Below are positions 50,756-62,544 of a stretch of 64,000 nucleotides of DNA, in pieces. The position numbers and the translations under genes are program-made. Position 1 is the first letter of the stretch. Each line of letters begins with the position of its first letter. The notes below the pieces were generated by a model. That model was not told where the DNA came from. It did not search any database and saw only the letters and a list, made by a program, of their open reading frames with translations. Origin of the DNA: Macrostomum lignano (taxonomy: Eukaryota); NCBI GenBank assembly GCA_002269645.1, contig NIVC01002520.1:1-64000 (forward strand), read 5' to 3'.

Positions 50756-51823
50756 TTACACTTTTCTTAAGTCCTTCTCATCCACCCAGTCAGTGGACTT
50801 GTAGCCGGCCCACTTGACGAGATATCGGATCTTACCCTTCCGCTTCTCAGTCTTCAGAACCTTCTCGATTACATACAGCCGCTGCGAGTCCGGAACAGCT
50901 TGCAGCTCATGCTCGTGGAAGAGGCCTCTTATGTCTTCCCCCTTCATGTCTCGAATCCTGTACATGTAGGGATAATGCTTTGGTGCCCTAGACACTATGG
51001 TGTACACCTCTTCGCTCCAGTTCGCCTTGTATCCCTTCCTGAAGAGTCTGGGTGCATTGGAAATCCGCACTGATTGGTTTTCACAGAACTTCGGTTTTCT
51101 CAGTTTCTCAACTGTCTCAATCGCTTTCCCATCATAAAGGTTCATCCACACTTCAGTCTCGTTTGCTTTGCTGACATTCATTGGTGTAGTCTTGATGCTT
51201 CTGTGGAAAGTATTGTTATAGGACTTGACCAGTTTAGGCAGCACATCAAGCCATTGTAGAGTGCTGTTGTGAGTAAAGTAACGCCACATCTTGCTTTTTA
51301 AAGTTCGATTCCATCTTTCAATTATGGCTTCTTTGTGCTCACTGCTAGTTGGAAACGCCAGAATCCCCCGGTCTATGCAGAACTGGCGAAAAATTGCGTT
51401 GACAAACTCCTTTCCCTGATCTGTGCGGACAGTGCGCGGCTGCCGCTTTGAGCTCTTCAGCATGCTCTCAAACGCAGATTTCACTTCTGCCGCGCTCTTA
51501 GACTTCAGTGCTCTGGCCATTGCAAATTTAGACAAAACATCAATGCAGGTGAGAATGTATTTATGCCCGCGATTATACTTTGCAAATGGAATCATTTCCA
51601 CCAGATCCATCTCCCACTGATCATCAATGGCTCTTACTATTATTGGCGCCCTTGGAAATCGTACTCTAGCTGGCTTATGCAGAGTGTGTACTGGCTGCTG
51701 ACTTAGCCACTGCTCAATGCTCTTGACTCCAATATGCTCGCCTCTTTTTCGCAGTTCAGGTTGCAGTTTTGAAGAACTGCAATAGCTCGCTGGCTGGTTT
51801 GGATTGAAATAAATTTTTTCCAT
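50756..51823 (-). CDS. int: Retroviral-like (rve) integrase with C-terminal chromodomain (355 aa)
   Basis: KIYFNP..PASY, DDQWEMDL (D1), RTDQGKEF (D2), IIERWNRTLK (E), chromodomain YVIEKVL...YLVKWAGY..DWV; intact from ATG 51823. Confidence 0.95.
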   Translation of the reverse strand: MEKIYFNPNQPASYCSSSKLQPELRKRGEHIGVKSIEQWLSQQPVHTLHKPARVRFPRAPIIVRAIDDQWEMDLVEMIPFAKYNRGHKYILTCIDVLSKFAMARALKSKSAAEVKSAFESMLKSSKRQPRTVRTDQGKEFVNAIFRQFCIDRGILAFPTSSEHKEAIIERWNRTLKSKMWRYFTHNSTLQWLDVLPKLVKSYNNTFHRSIKTTPMNVSKANETEVWMNLYDGKAIETVEKLRKPKFCENQSVRISNAPRLFRKGYKANWSEEVYTIVSRAPKHYPYMYRIRDMKGEDIRGLFHEHELQAVPDSQRLYVIEKVLKTEKRKGKIRYLVKWAGYKSTDWVDEKDLRKV

Positions 51824-51992
51824 TTTCGGAAACAAAGAAACATTTTTATTTTTAGGTTTTCTTAAGACATTGAAAATGCATAGCGCATGTGAAAGCAAGC
51901 ATATATATTTTTTTTCAAACAAAGAGATGGAAAGCAGGTCTGGATAAATAGCTCGTAGCACAGAGTTTGTCTCAATGTCAGAGGGTCTGCAA

Positions 51993-52757
51993 TCAGTCGA
52001 AGCACGGCCTGGGCAGCTTCATGGCATCCAATCTGCGCAGAGCGAATGGCGGCTGCTTGCGTTTCCTGGCGTTCTCAGCGGCGGCTGCTTGAGCTCGGAA
52101 CTGGTACCAGACTGGGTCCTCTTGCAGATCAGTGTCCTGCCGAGGAATCGCTCCAGCTGCAGGCTTGGTCAGTTGCAGAGGCGTTGAAGTGGCAAACGCT
52201 GTGTCGATTTGCAGATTGGATGGCATGCCTGCCTCGCCAGCAGCAGCAGCAGCATCGTCCTCCGCCTTCACTACCGGCTTGGTCTCTTCCGCGTTTTCGC
52301 CAGCATCGTCTTCATTTTCGATGCTGTCGGAGGAAGATCCCGACTCCAGCTCGTATGCATCGGAAATCTCACGTGGAGCCGATAGCTGCTCGTCGATCCA
52401 ATCCGCGTACTGCCACAGCTTTCGCCACAGCGGCGGTGTCAGCGGCACGGTGTTCCGCTTAAGAAACTCGTCGCAGCAGTCCTCCGGCAATCGCTTTAAC
52501 CAGATAATGCCGTTTTTCACTTCGATGAACTTATCGAAGCCGAGTTTGACAACCTTTGGCTGTTTGTCCAAGGCCGCCTTGACAAGCGATCGCTTCAACT
52601 CCTTGAGCTTCTCCCACTGACGGATGTTCAAATTGAAGCCGGGGACTCCAGGTTTCAAACTCGCAGTGCTGCCATGTCGGTAAAATTTTCTGATAGCAAT
52701 GAACATAACTCCTTCATACTCCTGTATTTGGAGTTTATATCCTTCGCCGATGTCCAT
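51993..52757 (-). CDS. PC4/Sub1-like ssDNA-binding / coactivator protein with two tandem PC4 domains and an acidic low-complexity tail (254 aa)
   Basis: Domain 1 DIGEGYKLQIQEYEGVMFIAIRKFY...KPGVPGFNLNIRQWEKLKE matches the PC4 pattern; domain 2 KLGFDKFIEV...VPLTPPLWRKL...WIDEQL is a diverged repeat. Confidence 0.78.
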   Translation of the reverse strand: MDIGEGYKLQIQEYEGVMFIAIRKFYRHGSTASLKPGVPGFNLNIRQWEKLKELKRSLVKAALDKQPKVVKLGFDKFIEVKNGIIWLKRLPEDCCDEFLKRNTVPLTPPLWRKLWQYADWIDEQLSAPREISDAYELESGSSSDSIENEDDAGENAEETKPVVKAEDDAAAAAGEAGMPSNLQIDTAFATSTPLQLTKPAAGAIPRQDTDLQEDPVWYQFRAQAAAAENARKRKQPPFALRRLDAMKLPRPCFD

Positions 52758-52832
52758 GACTTAAACTCTAACAGAAAAAAAAATCTCGTTGAAAAAAAAT
52801 TCGATTTTTCATGAATCAAAGAGATTTTTTTG

Positions 52833-52887
52833 GTCCTTATATAGACTAAACCACTGCAGCAGACATACAGCAATAGAAAAACATTGG
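52833..52887 (-). promoter_or_regulatory. CCAAT plus TATA-like ATATAAGGAC upstream of the PC4-like ORF
   Basis: CCAAT at 52883-52887, (T)ATATAAGGAC at 52833-52843, 76 nt before ATG 52757, next to the right TIR. Confidence 0.45.
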
Positions 52888-52907
52888 CCTATGTTCTCTC
52901 ACTAAGG

Positions 52908-53041
52908 CCCCATGGAATTTCCATGGCTTTCCCTGCGGCAGAGTCCACCAATGCATTTACATAGGTGCTATGTTTACACACATAGGCCCGTGGTTTTCCC
53001 ACGGAAATTCCTGCGGCAGAGTCCACATTTCCCCTACTACT
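52908..53041 (-). repeat. Maverick right TIR
   Basis: Matches the left TIR at 131 of 134 nt. Confidence 0.97.
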
Positions 53042-53874
53042 GACGATTTACTTTGAAAGTCAAACAAAAGATTGACAGCTGGATGAGAATTATAATGGGG
53101 TAATGCTGTCTATCCGCAAAGCTTTGCAGGAAATCACAGGCGACTTTTCTTTCACTTTTTAGCAGTGTGATGACAATGTTTGCCTTGACATGACGGGAAT
53201 AAGTTTTTTTCGAGCAAACTTGCGAGAAATTTGTTTGGCTTTGCTAGAATCACGTAGAGGTGACATATGTTTTTGCATAGAGATGGCGTAGCTTTTTGGG
53301 CGACTACCATCATATTATACCAGCCGTTAAGGTTGTTAACGAGAAGCGAAGTTTAATATAACGATTTGTTTACGGCTGTAGCACCCCAACAACTATACTT
53401 TGTCAACACGGCTACTGCTACTGGTACTGGTGCTGGAGCCCTAAAGACGCCATTGTTACCATCCAATACGGAATTCACATCGGGATGAAATATGTCGTAG
53501 TAAGAAAGTACGCTTTGGACACCCTGGACCCAGGACAACTGGGTACCCTGGACACCAATAATAACAACAAAATACGTTGTCAGCCAGTCACAAGCGTATT
53601 AAGAGAGGCAAAGACAATGTCACAGGGCGCGTTTCAGGGCCTGGGCGCGAACATAGGCCGCACCGCTGGCAGTATCCGGGGCGTCAGCATCAGCATTGTT
53701 CCGCAGTGGCGAAATTGACACATGTTAACCAATAGACTAATTGATAGACTAAATTGACCAATTAGCACCAGTGGACACCGGATGTTCACAGATTCACTAT
53801 CCTAGTTATCACAAATGTCCACCGCAAGCCATTTTGAATGGGTTGACGCTTAAATTAGCTCGTACAATGGTATT

Positions 53875-54152
53875 AATAACAATTATTATTAATAATTAAT
53901 TATTGATTATACCTGCTCCGATTGGGCCAGGTGTGCAACCGACAGCTCAGCCGCAGCTATTGCGCGGCGCATCTGAAGGCTGCCGTCAATTACCCCAGCT
54001 AATATAATGCTGGCACCCATTTTACAGCTGGGTGAACTGAAGCAATGCAGAGTTAAGTGTCTTGCTCAAGGACACCAATTTTTCCAGTGGGATCGGAAAC
54101 CGAACCCCCGATCTTCAAGTCTTGAGTCCGACGCTTTAACCACTAGGCTAAA
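53875..54152 (-). mobile_element. CORE-SINE copy with internal deletion
   Basis: Reverse complement of the 34491 copy, lacking about 70 nt of the middle; (AAT)n tail. Confidence 0.85.
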
Positions 54153-54446
54153 AATGCTAATAAGTTTACCGACTTAACACGCAGCTTACTTAACTACTCT
54201 AAAATATTATCTTCTTAGTAAGGTACTCTTTTCTACGATCTTTCTTGTTAAAAAAGAAAAAAGTTAAGAATGCCTTTAGTATTTTTCACTATTCGAAGAA
54301 AATGCTTAAAGTTCAATAAGCCGAGTACGGTAGACAATCGGGCTGATTGGAATTAATGATGTATTTAATTTTTATTAAATTTTCGCTCAAATCAACGCAA
54401 ATGATAACCATTATAACTAGAGGTCTACCGCATCATAAAACTACTT

Positions 54447-57400
54447 TTAAGAAGCTGCCACGGCTTTGCTTGACGCTGATTTTCTAGGCCGACTGGTTCC
54501 GACAGTCTTTTTCCGACCTGCAATACGAGCAAAAAACTAGCATGTTAGGCGGAATAGAAATATGAGAGGTGAGATCAGACTTTAACAGCTATGACTCGTG
54601 TGTTATCCACTGTTGACATCATTTTAATTTTGGTTCTCTTGGTTTGGCTAAGATGTACAAAACAGAGACTGCGATTAAGTTTTCCTGCCTACGCTTGTAA
54701 GATATCAACAGCCCCCATTTTGAGCCGTGGCATCTCAGCAACTCCCCAATACGGCATCTCAGCAACTCCCCAAGACGGCATCTCAGCAACTCCCCATTGA
54801 GCCATAGCAAAATCCAAAACAACCGCATGCATCTAGCAAACAAGGGGTCTCCCATTGCTTCTAGTTCAGATAGACATGTACGGCAAGAACAATAAGCACT
54901 CACCAGTCATGGGCACCAACTGATCCAACGAGTAAGCCACCCGTAGTTTGTCCTCGCCAGCAAGCTTGGCAGATCCACGCAACAGTTGAATCCGCGCAGC
55001 CGAAGCGGCAGTCGCCGTCTCAAAGTTAATTAACGCCAAACGACCATCTGAGGCCATACTAAGGCGTTTTGCTTTCAATCCATTATCGGCTAGAAACTTT
55101 AGCAGAGTGGATTTCTTTGTGCCCTGCAGTAAGTTGGCTACAATCAGTCTGGATTTCGTTCCACTCCGTTGCATTTCGCTATCATTTGATGAAGCCACCT
55201 TCCGGTGCCCGTAGGTCACCGTGGGCCAGTCGGGGTCCTCGGCAGCGGCTGGCCAAGCGGCCAAATCTGCTGCGCAAGCGGCTTCGGTCTCGTAGGCGGC
55301 CACGGCAACACCGGAGCCGCGACGCTCCAATTTGGTGCAGCGGGGCAGGGCGAGCAGCAGGCGGGAGTCGGTCATGGCTTTGTTGACGCCTGTCAGCACC
55401 AGGGTGCGCCTGTCAACCTGTGTCGGGAATGACATTGTGGGCGGCAGGTTTTATAAAATTACTGAAAGCTCATAAAGAATTGTATATGGGGTTGTAGCCT
55501 AGTGGTCACGACTTGAAGGTCGGGGGTTCGTTTCCCGATCCTACTCGGAACAATTTGTGTCCTTGAGCAAGACACTTAACTCTGCATTGCTTTAGTTCAC
55601 CCCAGCTGTAAAATGGGTGCCAGCATTAGCTGGGGTAATTGAGGCTGTGTGTGGCGACCCCCCCCCCCTCCCAGTCCTTGGACTGTACAGCCGTGCACAG
55701 CCTTCAGATGCGCCGCGCAATAGCTGCGGCTGAGCTGTCGGTTGCACATCTGCCCAATAAGGCAGGTGTAATCAATTATAATTATTACTATTACTACAAT
55801 ACCTAACGCCAAAACCTGCAGTTCTGAAGCTTTATTTGCAACTTATCTAAATAAGACACAATTGAGACTCTTGAAAACACTTTCTACAAGCAGAAAGTCA
55901 CAGATTGACACAGAGAGTACTTCACAGCCAAATTTAGACACTTGAGCATTAAAATAAGCACTAACCAGATGCTTAGGCTTCGGTTTGCCAGGAATTTTCT
56001 CCAGCATCCACGAAGTCTTGCCGCCGCCAACAACGGCGCCCTGACAGCTGAGCACGGCGTCTAAAGCTTGACGCGCATCGGCAAAGGTGATTACTGCGAC
56101 GTTTGGCGCGTGTCGTCCCCTACTAGCGCCGGCGCCAGCTTCCGGGAAGCGAACTCGCTGAGCGCCCGGGGCCAGCTCCAACAGCTGACTAGCGGCGATG
56201 CGACCCTCCAGAGAGGAGACAACAACGCGGCGAGTATTGTACTGGCTGGCAGATATGGAGTCCGGCTGAACCGGCGGAATTGAGGTCGCGAGTTCGCGCG
56301 CTCCGCCTAGAGCTCGACTGCCCTGTTATTGGGTTTGGTTGAATAAGGCATCCTGAATAGTTAACGCTGGTACTAAGACGTTTCAACTAATAGACAATTC
56401 CTGAGAAAAACTGTATAAAAATACATTAAGAAATTTTCTACTAACAGTAGTATTATTTGACATTTTGACAGACCAATAGCAGGGAAGTGTACTAACTTGT
56501 ACTAAGTCTACTACAAAAACAAGTTCAAGAAACTGTGTGGATTACCAATTATTATTAGCCAAATGAAATGATGGAGCCCAAATGTGAACTGAAGCAATGC
56601 AGGCAGAGATAAGTGTTTTGCTAAAAGATACAATTTTTTATTTATCGTATCTCCATAGTGCTTTCAGGAAATTTCGTTTTTGACGCATGATATATATAGG
56701 GTTTTGCATCGCTTCTTATAGATAAAAAAACTGAAGTTGAAGCTTGAAGTTAGCCAGAAGCTACACAATTCAGTTGAATCCGCACACACACACACACACA
56801 CACTCACGTGCAGAACAGCCGCATGCTTCGCAGCAATCTCTGGATTGGCAAATTCGAGAAAGGCGACACCTTTATGGCGACACCGAGCCCGGTTCCACGG
56901 CAGCCGGGCGGCCACAGCCGACGGGCACAGGGCGTACAGGTCAGCTAGTCGGCAGCGATTCGGTAGCGGTCGAATTCGCACTGTGCTGCGAAGTCGGCGA
57001 GTCACGCAGTCAACAATGGCCTTATCTAGACTCGAATTGTCAACTGACTCAGCTTGATTCGTAGCTGCTGCTGCGGCGACAGGCTGCTATGGAAATCAAT
57101 CGAAATTGAACAGTTTTCAGGCCTTGAATAATGATCGGCTGTCACGAGTGGCTGAGATCGCTCAATATTCTATGGCCTAAACAAGTCCCGCGATCATTGC
57201 GTACCGCTTAGAATTGTCTCAAAGGATTGGCCATAGACAATTTTAGAGCTTGGATAGAAAGACTAAAGGGAAGAGTTAGAGGCTATACGGTCGAACATAA
57301 GGCAGGGCCTTAAGGCAGGTTTTCTAAGGCAGGGCCAGATTATACGCATATTTTATATTTACATGTATGTACGAGTATATCCTCAATTGCCTAGTGTATT

Positions 57401-57942
57401 TATCGTCACTTCTGTTTTGTCTATGGTTGAAATGCACGTTGGAAGCCTGGAATAATGGCGTTCCTCGGACAATAATTAAGGCTCGGGTAGGCCATGTCTT
57501 GTGCCTAAAACCATTAAAAAATGGCACAGCTCGGCTCATTGGCTTTATGAATCTATTATCATTCTTAGCTAACTGTGTAACAAAATGTGTGACAGCGATG
57601 ATAAGAACTTTACATCAGATTAAAAAATCAACATAGAATCCTAATTTTAAAAATCCTATAGAATCCTAATAGAGCAATAAGAAAGGCACAAAAAATCAAA
57701 AGATGAACATTGGGGCTGCCACCAATCGAAAGCAATAACAATTTTTGTGCTAAAAAGGAAAACTTTCTATCTCTACGAAAAGCAGATGTTATATTCACTA
57801 TTGAATCTTACAAAGCTTTGACAAACATAAGCGTTGTTTGAAGAATTCAAATATAAGTTAATAAGGAATTATAAAATAAGTAGAATTAGCTCACCTTTGT
57901 CTTTGGAGATGCAAGCTTTCTTTTCTTTGCCACTACCTTCAT
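54447..57942 (-). CDS. Four-RRM RNA-binding protein (nucleolin-like architecture), ~422 aa, 5 exons
   Basis: Exons 57942-57895, 57086-56808, 56322-55966, 55417-54904 and 54517-54447 sum to 1269 nt in frame. N-terminal KKRK, RNP1-like KGVAFLEF, VAVITF, VAVAAY, LALINF. Confidence 0.75.
54729..54797. repeat. 3 x 24-bp tandem repeat (GGCATCTCAGCAACTCCCCAA)
   Basis: Units at 54729, 54753 and 54777, in the last intron of the RRM gene; a related CAGCAACTCCCC occurs near 32810. Confidence 0.85.
55488..55800 (+). mobile_element. CORE-SINE copy in intron 3 of the RRM gene
   Basis: Near-identical to the 34491 copy with a short deletion in the tRNA-like head. Confidence 0.88.
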
Positions 57943-60013
57943 ATTTGCAGCTATAAGCTTTTGATAAAGCACATGAAAGATTAATAATTAAACCAATTGT
58001 CAAAAATGGCTAGTACTAATATTAATAATATCAAAAAATTCTTTAAAAAAATTTGAAACCTCTTAAAGATAATCAGATAAGATAAACCAATCATTATTAA
58101 TGTTGGTAAGCATAAAATAAACAGTTCTATATTAACTGTATATAATACACTCAAACTAAATTCTATTACTATACATGACAGATAATGTAAAAGTTTCTAA
58201 GACTAGAGTTTACTAACACTTTGGTTTCAATTGCTTTTAGTGATTATACATTAGGTTGGATTATTGAAATCTGATGCAACACAAATTGGCTGAAAAATAG
58301 CTAAGAATATTAATATTCTATAGACTCTAGGCTTTCATCTATGGTACAAGATATATCTTATAAGTATAATGGATTCTGAGATATATACAAATGGAAATAT
58401 GATGCAAATTATGCACAATTTATGTCAAGTAGTTTACAATTTAAACAATTAAACAAAAACAAACTTTTTTTTGTTTTCAAGGTATATAAAATGATAGTAA
58501 TAGTACTATACTTTGGGCTAAGCTTTAGAGTACACACTAAGTATCATTGAAAAATAAGCCCATCATTGAAGTAGCAGCCTGGCCCTCTCAAATAGTTTTC
58601 CTATACATTAATTTGCTAACTATATTTGCGCATTATAGTTTCTTTAACAATATAATCAAATTGCTATATTTACCTTTATCATTTATAATTAAAGTAAGCA
58701 TTATTTTGACTTATTAATAAAACATTACTTAGTTACATAAATATTAGGCTATGATATTTTGTTTAAATGGATTTTTTTCTATACCCAGGACAACTTAATT
58801 AAATGCAAAGAAATATTGTTTCAATTTTTTGCTTTTTTTTCTTTGTAATAATTTGTCTAGCATACCCACCTCCCTTGAATGACTATAAATAAAAGCAATT
58901 TTAGTTTGTTTAGGTTTTGCTTATTATTTTACCAAGTCAGTTTAACAAATTTAGGAAAAAAATAAACATTTTGACTCAATTATTCTTAATGAAAAAAAGC
59001 CCAACTAATAGCAAAAAAAGAAAATAGACACCTAGAGGATAGTAAGAAATGTGATAGAGGGTATTTTTCTGTCTTTATGAATGATCCCATAGCTGTCACC
59101 AGGACACCAGCTATGATAGGGGTCTTTCCTGTGCAATAAAAAATTCTACTGTTAAGCCACTAGCTATGATAGGGCTGCTTTTCTAATTCCTCTTATTGAA
59201 TATCCTAAAGCTGCCACACCAATTGTTCTAAGATTTTATTTCTCTTTAGACTCTATAAAATGTACTAAATACTAGTAGCTGCCACTAAGACTATTCTATT
59301 ATGAAATTGTATTTCCTAGAATAAGTCTAAAAATATTTCTTAGGATAAGTCTAGTTATATATTTGAGTATTTGTCTAAGTATTTTATCTTAGCTTGGATC
59401 TAGGTATTTGCCTGAGTATTATTATTAGAATACAAGTAGCATTCATATCATTATTCTAAAGTAATTATTATTATTTTGGTAGCGTTTACTATTAATTTGG
59501 CCTGAGTGGTATATTGGTCTATTGGTATATATACTTTATGTATTTCCAATCCTGGGCATTACTAGGCTAAGATCAGGGGGTCACAGCCTCTGTAGTTTTT
59601 TATGTATTGCTAGGATCTACTTTATCTTTTTCTACTGCTTTTATTTCTTATGAGTATATAGGGGCCTACTATATATGCTCTCTGCCACTTCACTTCTTTT
59701 CTGCAAATGAATAACTTGGAAAACAGCTTCACTTATAATAATTTGCTTAAGAACACTCCTTTCAATTTCCTAACTAGTAGGTCTAGTGCGTAAAACTATA
59801 TGTTCTAAGAAAATTTTCTTTAAAGCCGCTTGGCAATAATTATTCAATAAAATTATGTATTGATAAATAGCTAAATGAATATGAAAGACTGCTAAAACAG
59901 ATAGACACATAATTAGTTATCTCTGTTATTAGCATTACTATCAGAGATGCAACTTAATTAGTTTTGTTTATTGCTAAGAGATCGAAGATGCAGATCATAA
60001 GATGCATTTTCAC

Positions 60014-60654
60014 GGGAACCAGTTAATTCGGCGACAGGTTAACTCGGCGACAGCCAATTCGGCGACAAGTCAATTCGGCGACAGTCAGTTCGGCGACAGG
60101 CTTTTTACCGGTTTTAAATGTCAAACGTATTTCAGTAAAACAAATTTTGAGATACAAGTACAAGAATTTCCCTCTTGAAAAGCCGCCAGCAAATCGCTGG
60201 CGATCGTTAGCAATTTAGTGGCGATTTTTTCTTGACAAATGCTGCGAACCAACCTAGTATATTATAGTTAATATAAAATATAATAATAATCCTAAATAAC
60301 CAACCATCAAACTATTTAAGCCCATTATGTTGGGTCAGGTGGGAAAATGGTATACATGGACATGTATCCCCCCAGCATACGCCATGCCTAATGTCTCTGT
60401 GGAAAGCATAAAATGTTATAAACTTTTTTGAAAATGTGCGATTTGACATAGTTAAAACAATTTTTCTATAATAATGGTCAGGGGCGAATGGCTATGCGTA
60501 TACATATGTAAAATTCAAAGACTTGTAGTAGCTTTATGCAATGATCTGCCTTAATTCGCCTTAATTAGCATTCGCCGAATTGGCTGTCGCCAAACTGACT
60601 TGTCGCCGAATCGGTTGTCGCCGAATTGGCTTGTCGCCGAATTGACTGGAAGCC
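60014..60654. mobile_element. Non-autonomous DNA element with inverted arrays of AATTCGGCGACA (MULE-like MITE?)
   Basis: About 5 direct copies at 60025-60100 mirrored by about 5 inverted copies at 60570-60645; 9-bp flanks match only 6 of 9. Confidence 0.55.
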
Positions 60655-60974
60655 AATTTTCCAATTTAGCCAATTTTCACTACATAGCTACACAACTGAT
60701 CGAAACGATCGTACTGAACAAAAATTAGATCACGACATCCACAAAAATTTCGGCCTACAAGTAAAAAAATTAGGTTTGCTACAATTACAATGATGTGTTA
60801 AAATGTGCATATGCATTCCAAGGACTACACATGTTAAGGAGGCCATGGTTTTCGCCGAAAAACACACTACGGAGAAAGAAGTTTTTTTCTGATGAAAATT
60901 GTTTCGTGTCGTTTATCACAATTATAAACAGGTGAATCTCTTTATTAAGCCTACACAGTCGACCCGCGGTTCTC

Positions 60975-62540
60975 CTGAGTTGTTGTTGTTGTTTCCGGTC
61001 GGCAGTCCGGGGGGGGGGACGAGACCCGACCTCCTTCAGAAAGTCCACCACCCATCTGAAACTGTCGCTGAGCGCTTGTAGGCTCGGGTTATTGCCAAAG
61101 TGCCGGGCTCTGGCTTTTTGATGTGCGCGACAGATCTTTATAAGATGTTCCAGGTCCTCGTCGGCTTTGTCGCAGTGCGGGCACGCTGGGCTGTCAGCTT
61201 GGCCGATGCGGTGGCGCGGTACTTACTGCCGGAGCAAGGGAGAGTGACCGGTACGGAGCTGAACGAGTTTAATCTCGTCTTTTCTGGTGAGCGTCCTCTA
61301 GGTATGGCACTGCTGCTGGTGGTAGGCGGTGCGTAGTGCAAATGCGGGTCCGTGATGTAATCTGCTTTGAAACGGGACTTGGCGGAGCGGTCGATCGCCG
61401 CTTTAGCCGCAGCCAGGCTGATTTCGCGTAGGACTGAGATCAAGAGTCGAGCCGGCTTTGGCTGTCACGTCCGCGTATTCGTTAAAGAGGAGTCCAGCAT
61501 GGCCAGGCACCCATTGAAGGTCAATGTGCGTCGATGTCGAGTAGAGGAGAGGAGCTCCCAAATCGCGCAGCAGCCCAGAGAGCACGCTTTCGCAGGGCCT
61601 TGTTGGAAGGAGCAAAGGAGCGATTGGGAGTCAGTGAGGCACCTGATGCGGTTTGGAATTTGAGCTGGGTAAGACGCGAAGGACCGCAGAGAGGCCGAGG
61701 CGAAGGGATTCCTCTTCGGCCTGAAAGGAGGAAGTGATGATCCCGGCTGCATGGGCCAGTGATCTTTTCCACTACGATCCGGTTCCGTACAATGCCCCGG
61801 CGCCGCCACCATAGGTGCCGTCCTTAGCCGAGCCGTCCGTCCAGATCTCGACACCGTAACCGGGAGCTGGTCGAGCGTCTCGAGGGCGGCGAGTTTGCGG
61901 ATGTGAGGCGCGGGTCCTCCTGGTTCGTACTGGTGTTCGGGTTCAGTAGATGTTCACTCTGGACGTGTCCGTCCATGACGGCGGTGCGAGGGTGTCTGTG
62001 ACGCTCGGGGCGTTGAGAAGGCCGGCGGCCGTGGAGACGTTGATGGCCGTGTTGCGCCAGTCTTGTCGGAACGCGCTTTGTTGTCCGTGAGCCTGTAGGC
62101 GCGGTCGCGGCAGCAGCTTGCTCGCAAGGCGAGAAAGTGGAGTGGGGCTGTCATTGCCGGGCGGCCATTTTGAATAGCTTGGCGGCCGCGGCCTTCGCGA
62201 GGGTCGTCAGGGGGAGCAGATCTGCTTCAGTGAAAAGAACGTTGGTCATCCTGTGATGACTCTGGCCGCCGAGTTGTGGACGGTCTCTGCTCCCCTGCGA
62301 CAGCTTTCCGATGCGATGGTCATCCAGGCTCTGGCTCCGTAGAGGGCGACTGACTGAACATAGTTCTGGTAGAGTCGGCTCAGCGCTTCGGCGTTTTGAT
62401 CCCAGTCACGGCAGGGATCGCATTGAGGCGCTTCTGCATGGTGCGTTTGGTGATAGTGGCGTGGTGGCGGAAGGTGAGCTGGGTCAATGTGGACTCCGAG
62501 TAGGCGCGGATTTTCGCCCGCGTCGCCGCTGCCTGCCAGC
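60975..62540 (-). pseudogene. 3' fragment of an RNase H-bearing LINE (I/Ingi-like)
   Basis: RLLGVHID and LY..YVQSVALYG..W...AARVITG (RT thumb); RNase H IWTDGS, AE, LTDS, WVPGHAG..NEYAD; CPHC...EDLEHL...C knuckle; (CAA)4 near 60980; many stops and frameshifts. Confidence 0.8.
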
Positions 62541-62544
62541 TTTG

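Larger units (their letters stand above)
38144..53041. mobile_element. Maverick/Polinton (adintovirus-like) element, 14,898 bp, capsid-deleted
   Basis: AGTAGT termini, 134-bp TIRs, perfect 6-bp TSD GACGAT (38138-38143 and 53042-53047); contains pPolB, rve integrase, ATPase, protease and minor capsid genes. Confidence 0.97.

Noticed and set aside
50756-51961. 401-aa integrase start given by the ORF track
   Set aside because: The extra N-terminal 46 codons are AT-rich intergenic sequence containing an AATAAA; family similarity starts at ATG 51823.
53330-53720. Possible solo-LTR or repeat fragment (TGTTAACG...CCCCAACA; GGACACCCTGGAC repeats)
   Set aside because: No second copy, TSD, PBS or PPT visible.
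58900-59900. AT-rich stretch resembling heavily decayed coding or transposon sequence
   Set aside because: Stops in all frames; no family could be assigned by eye.
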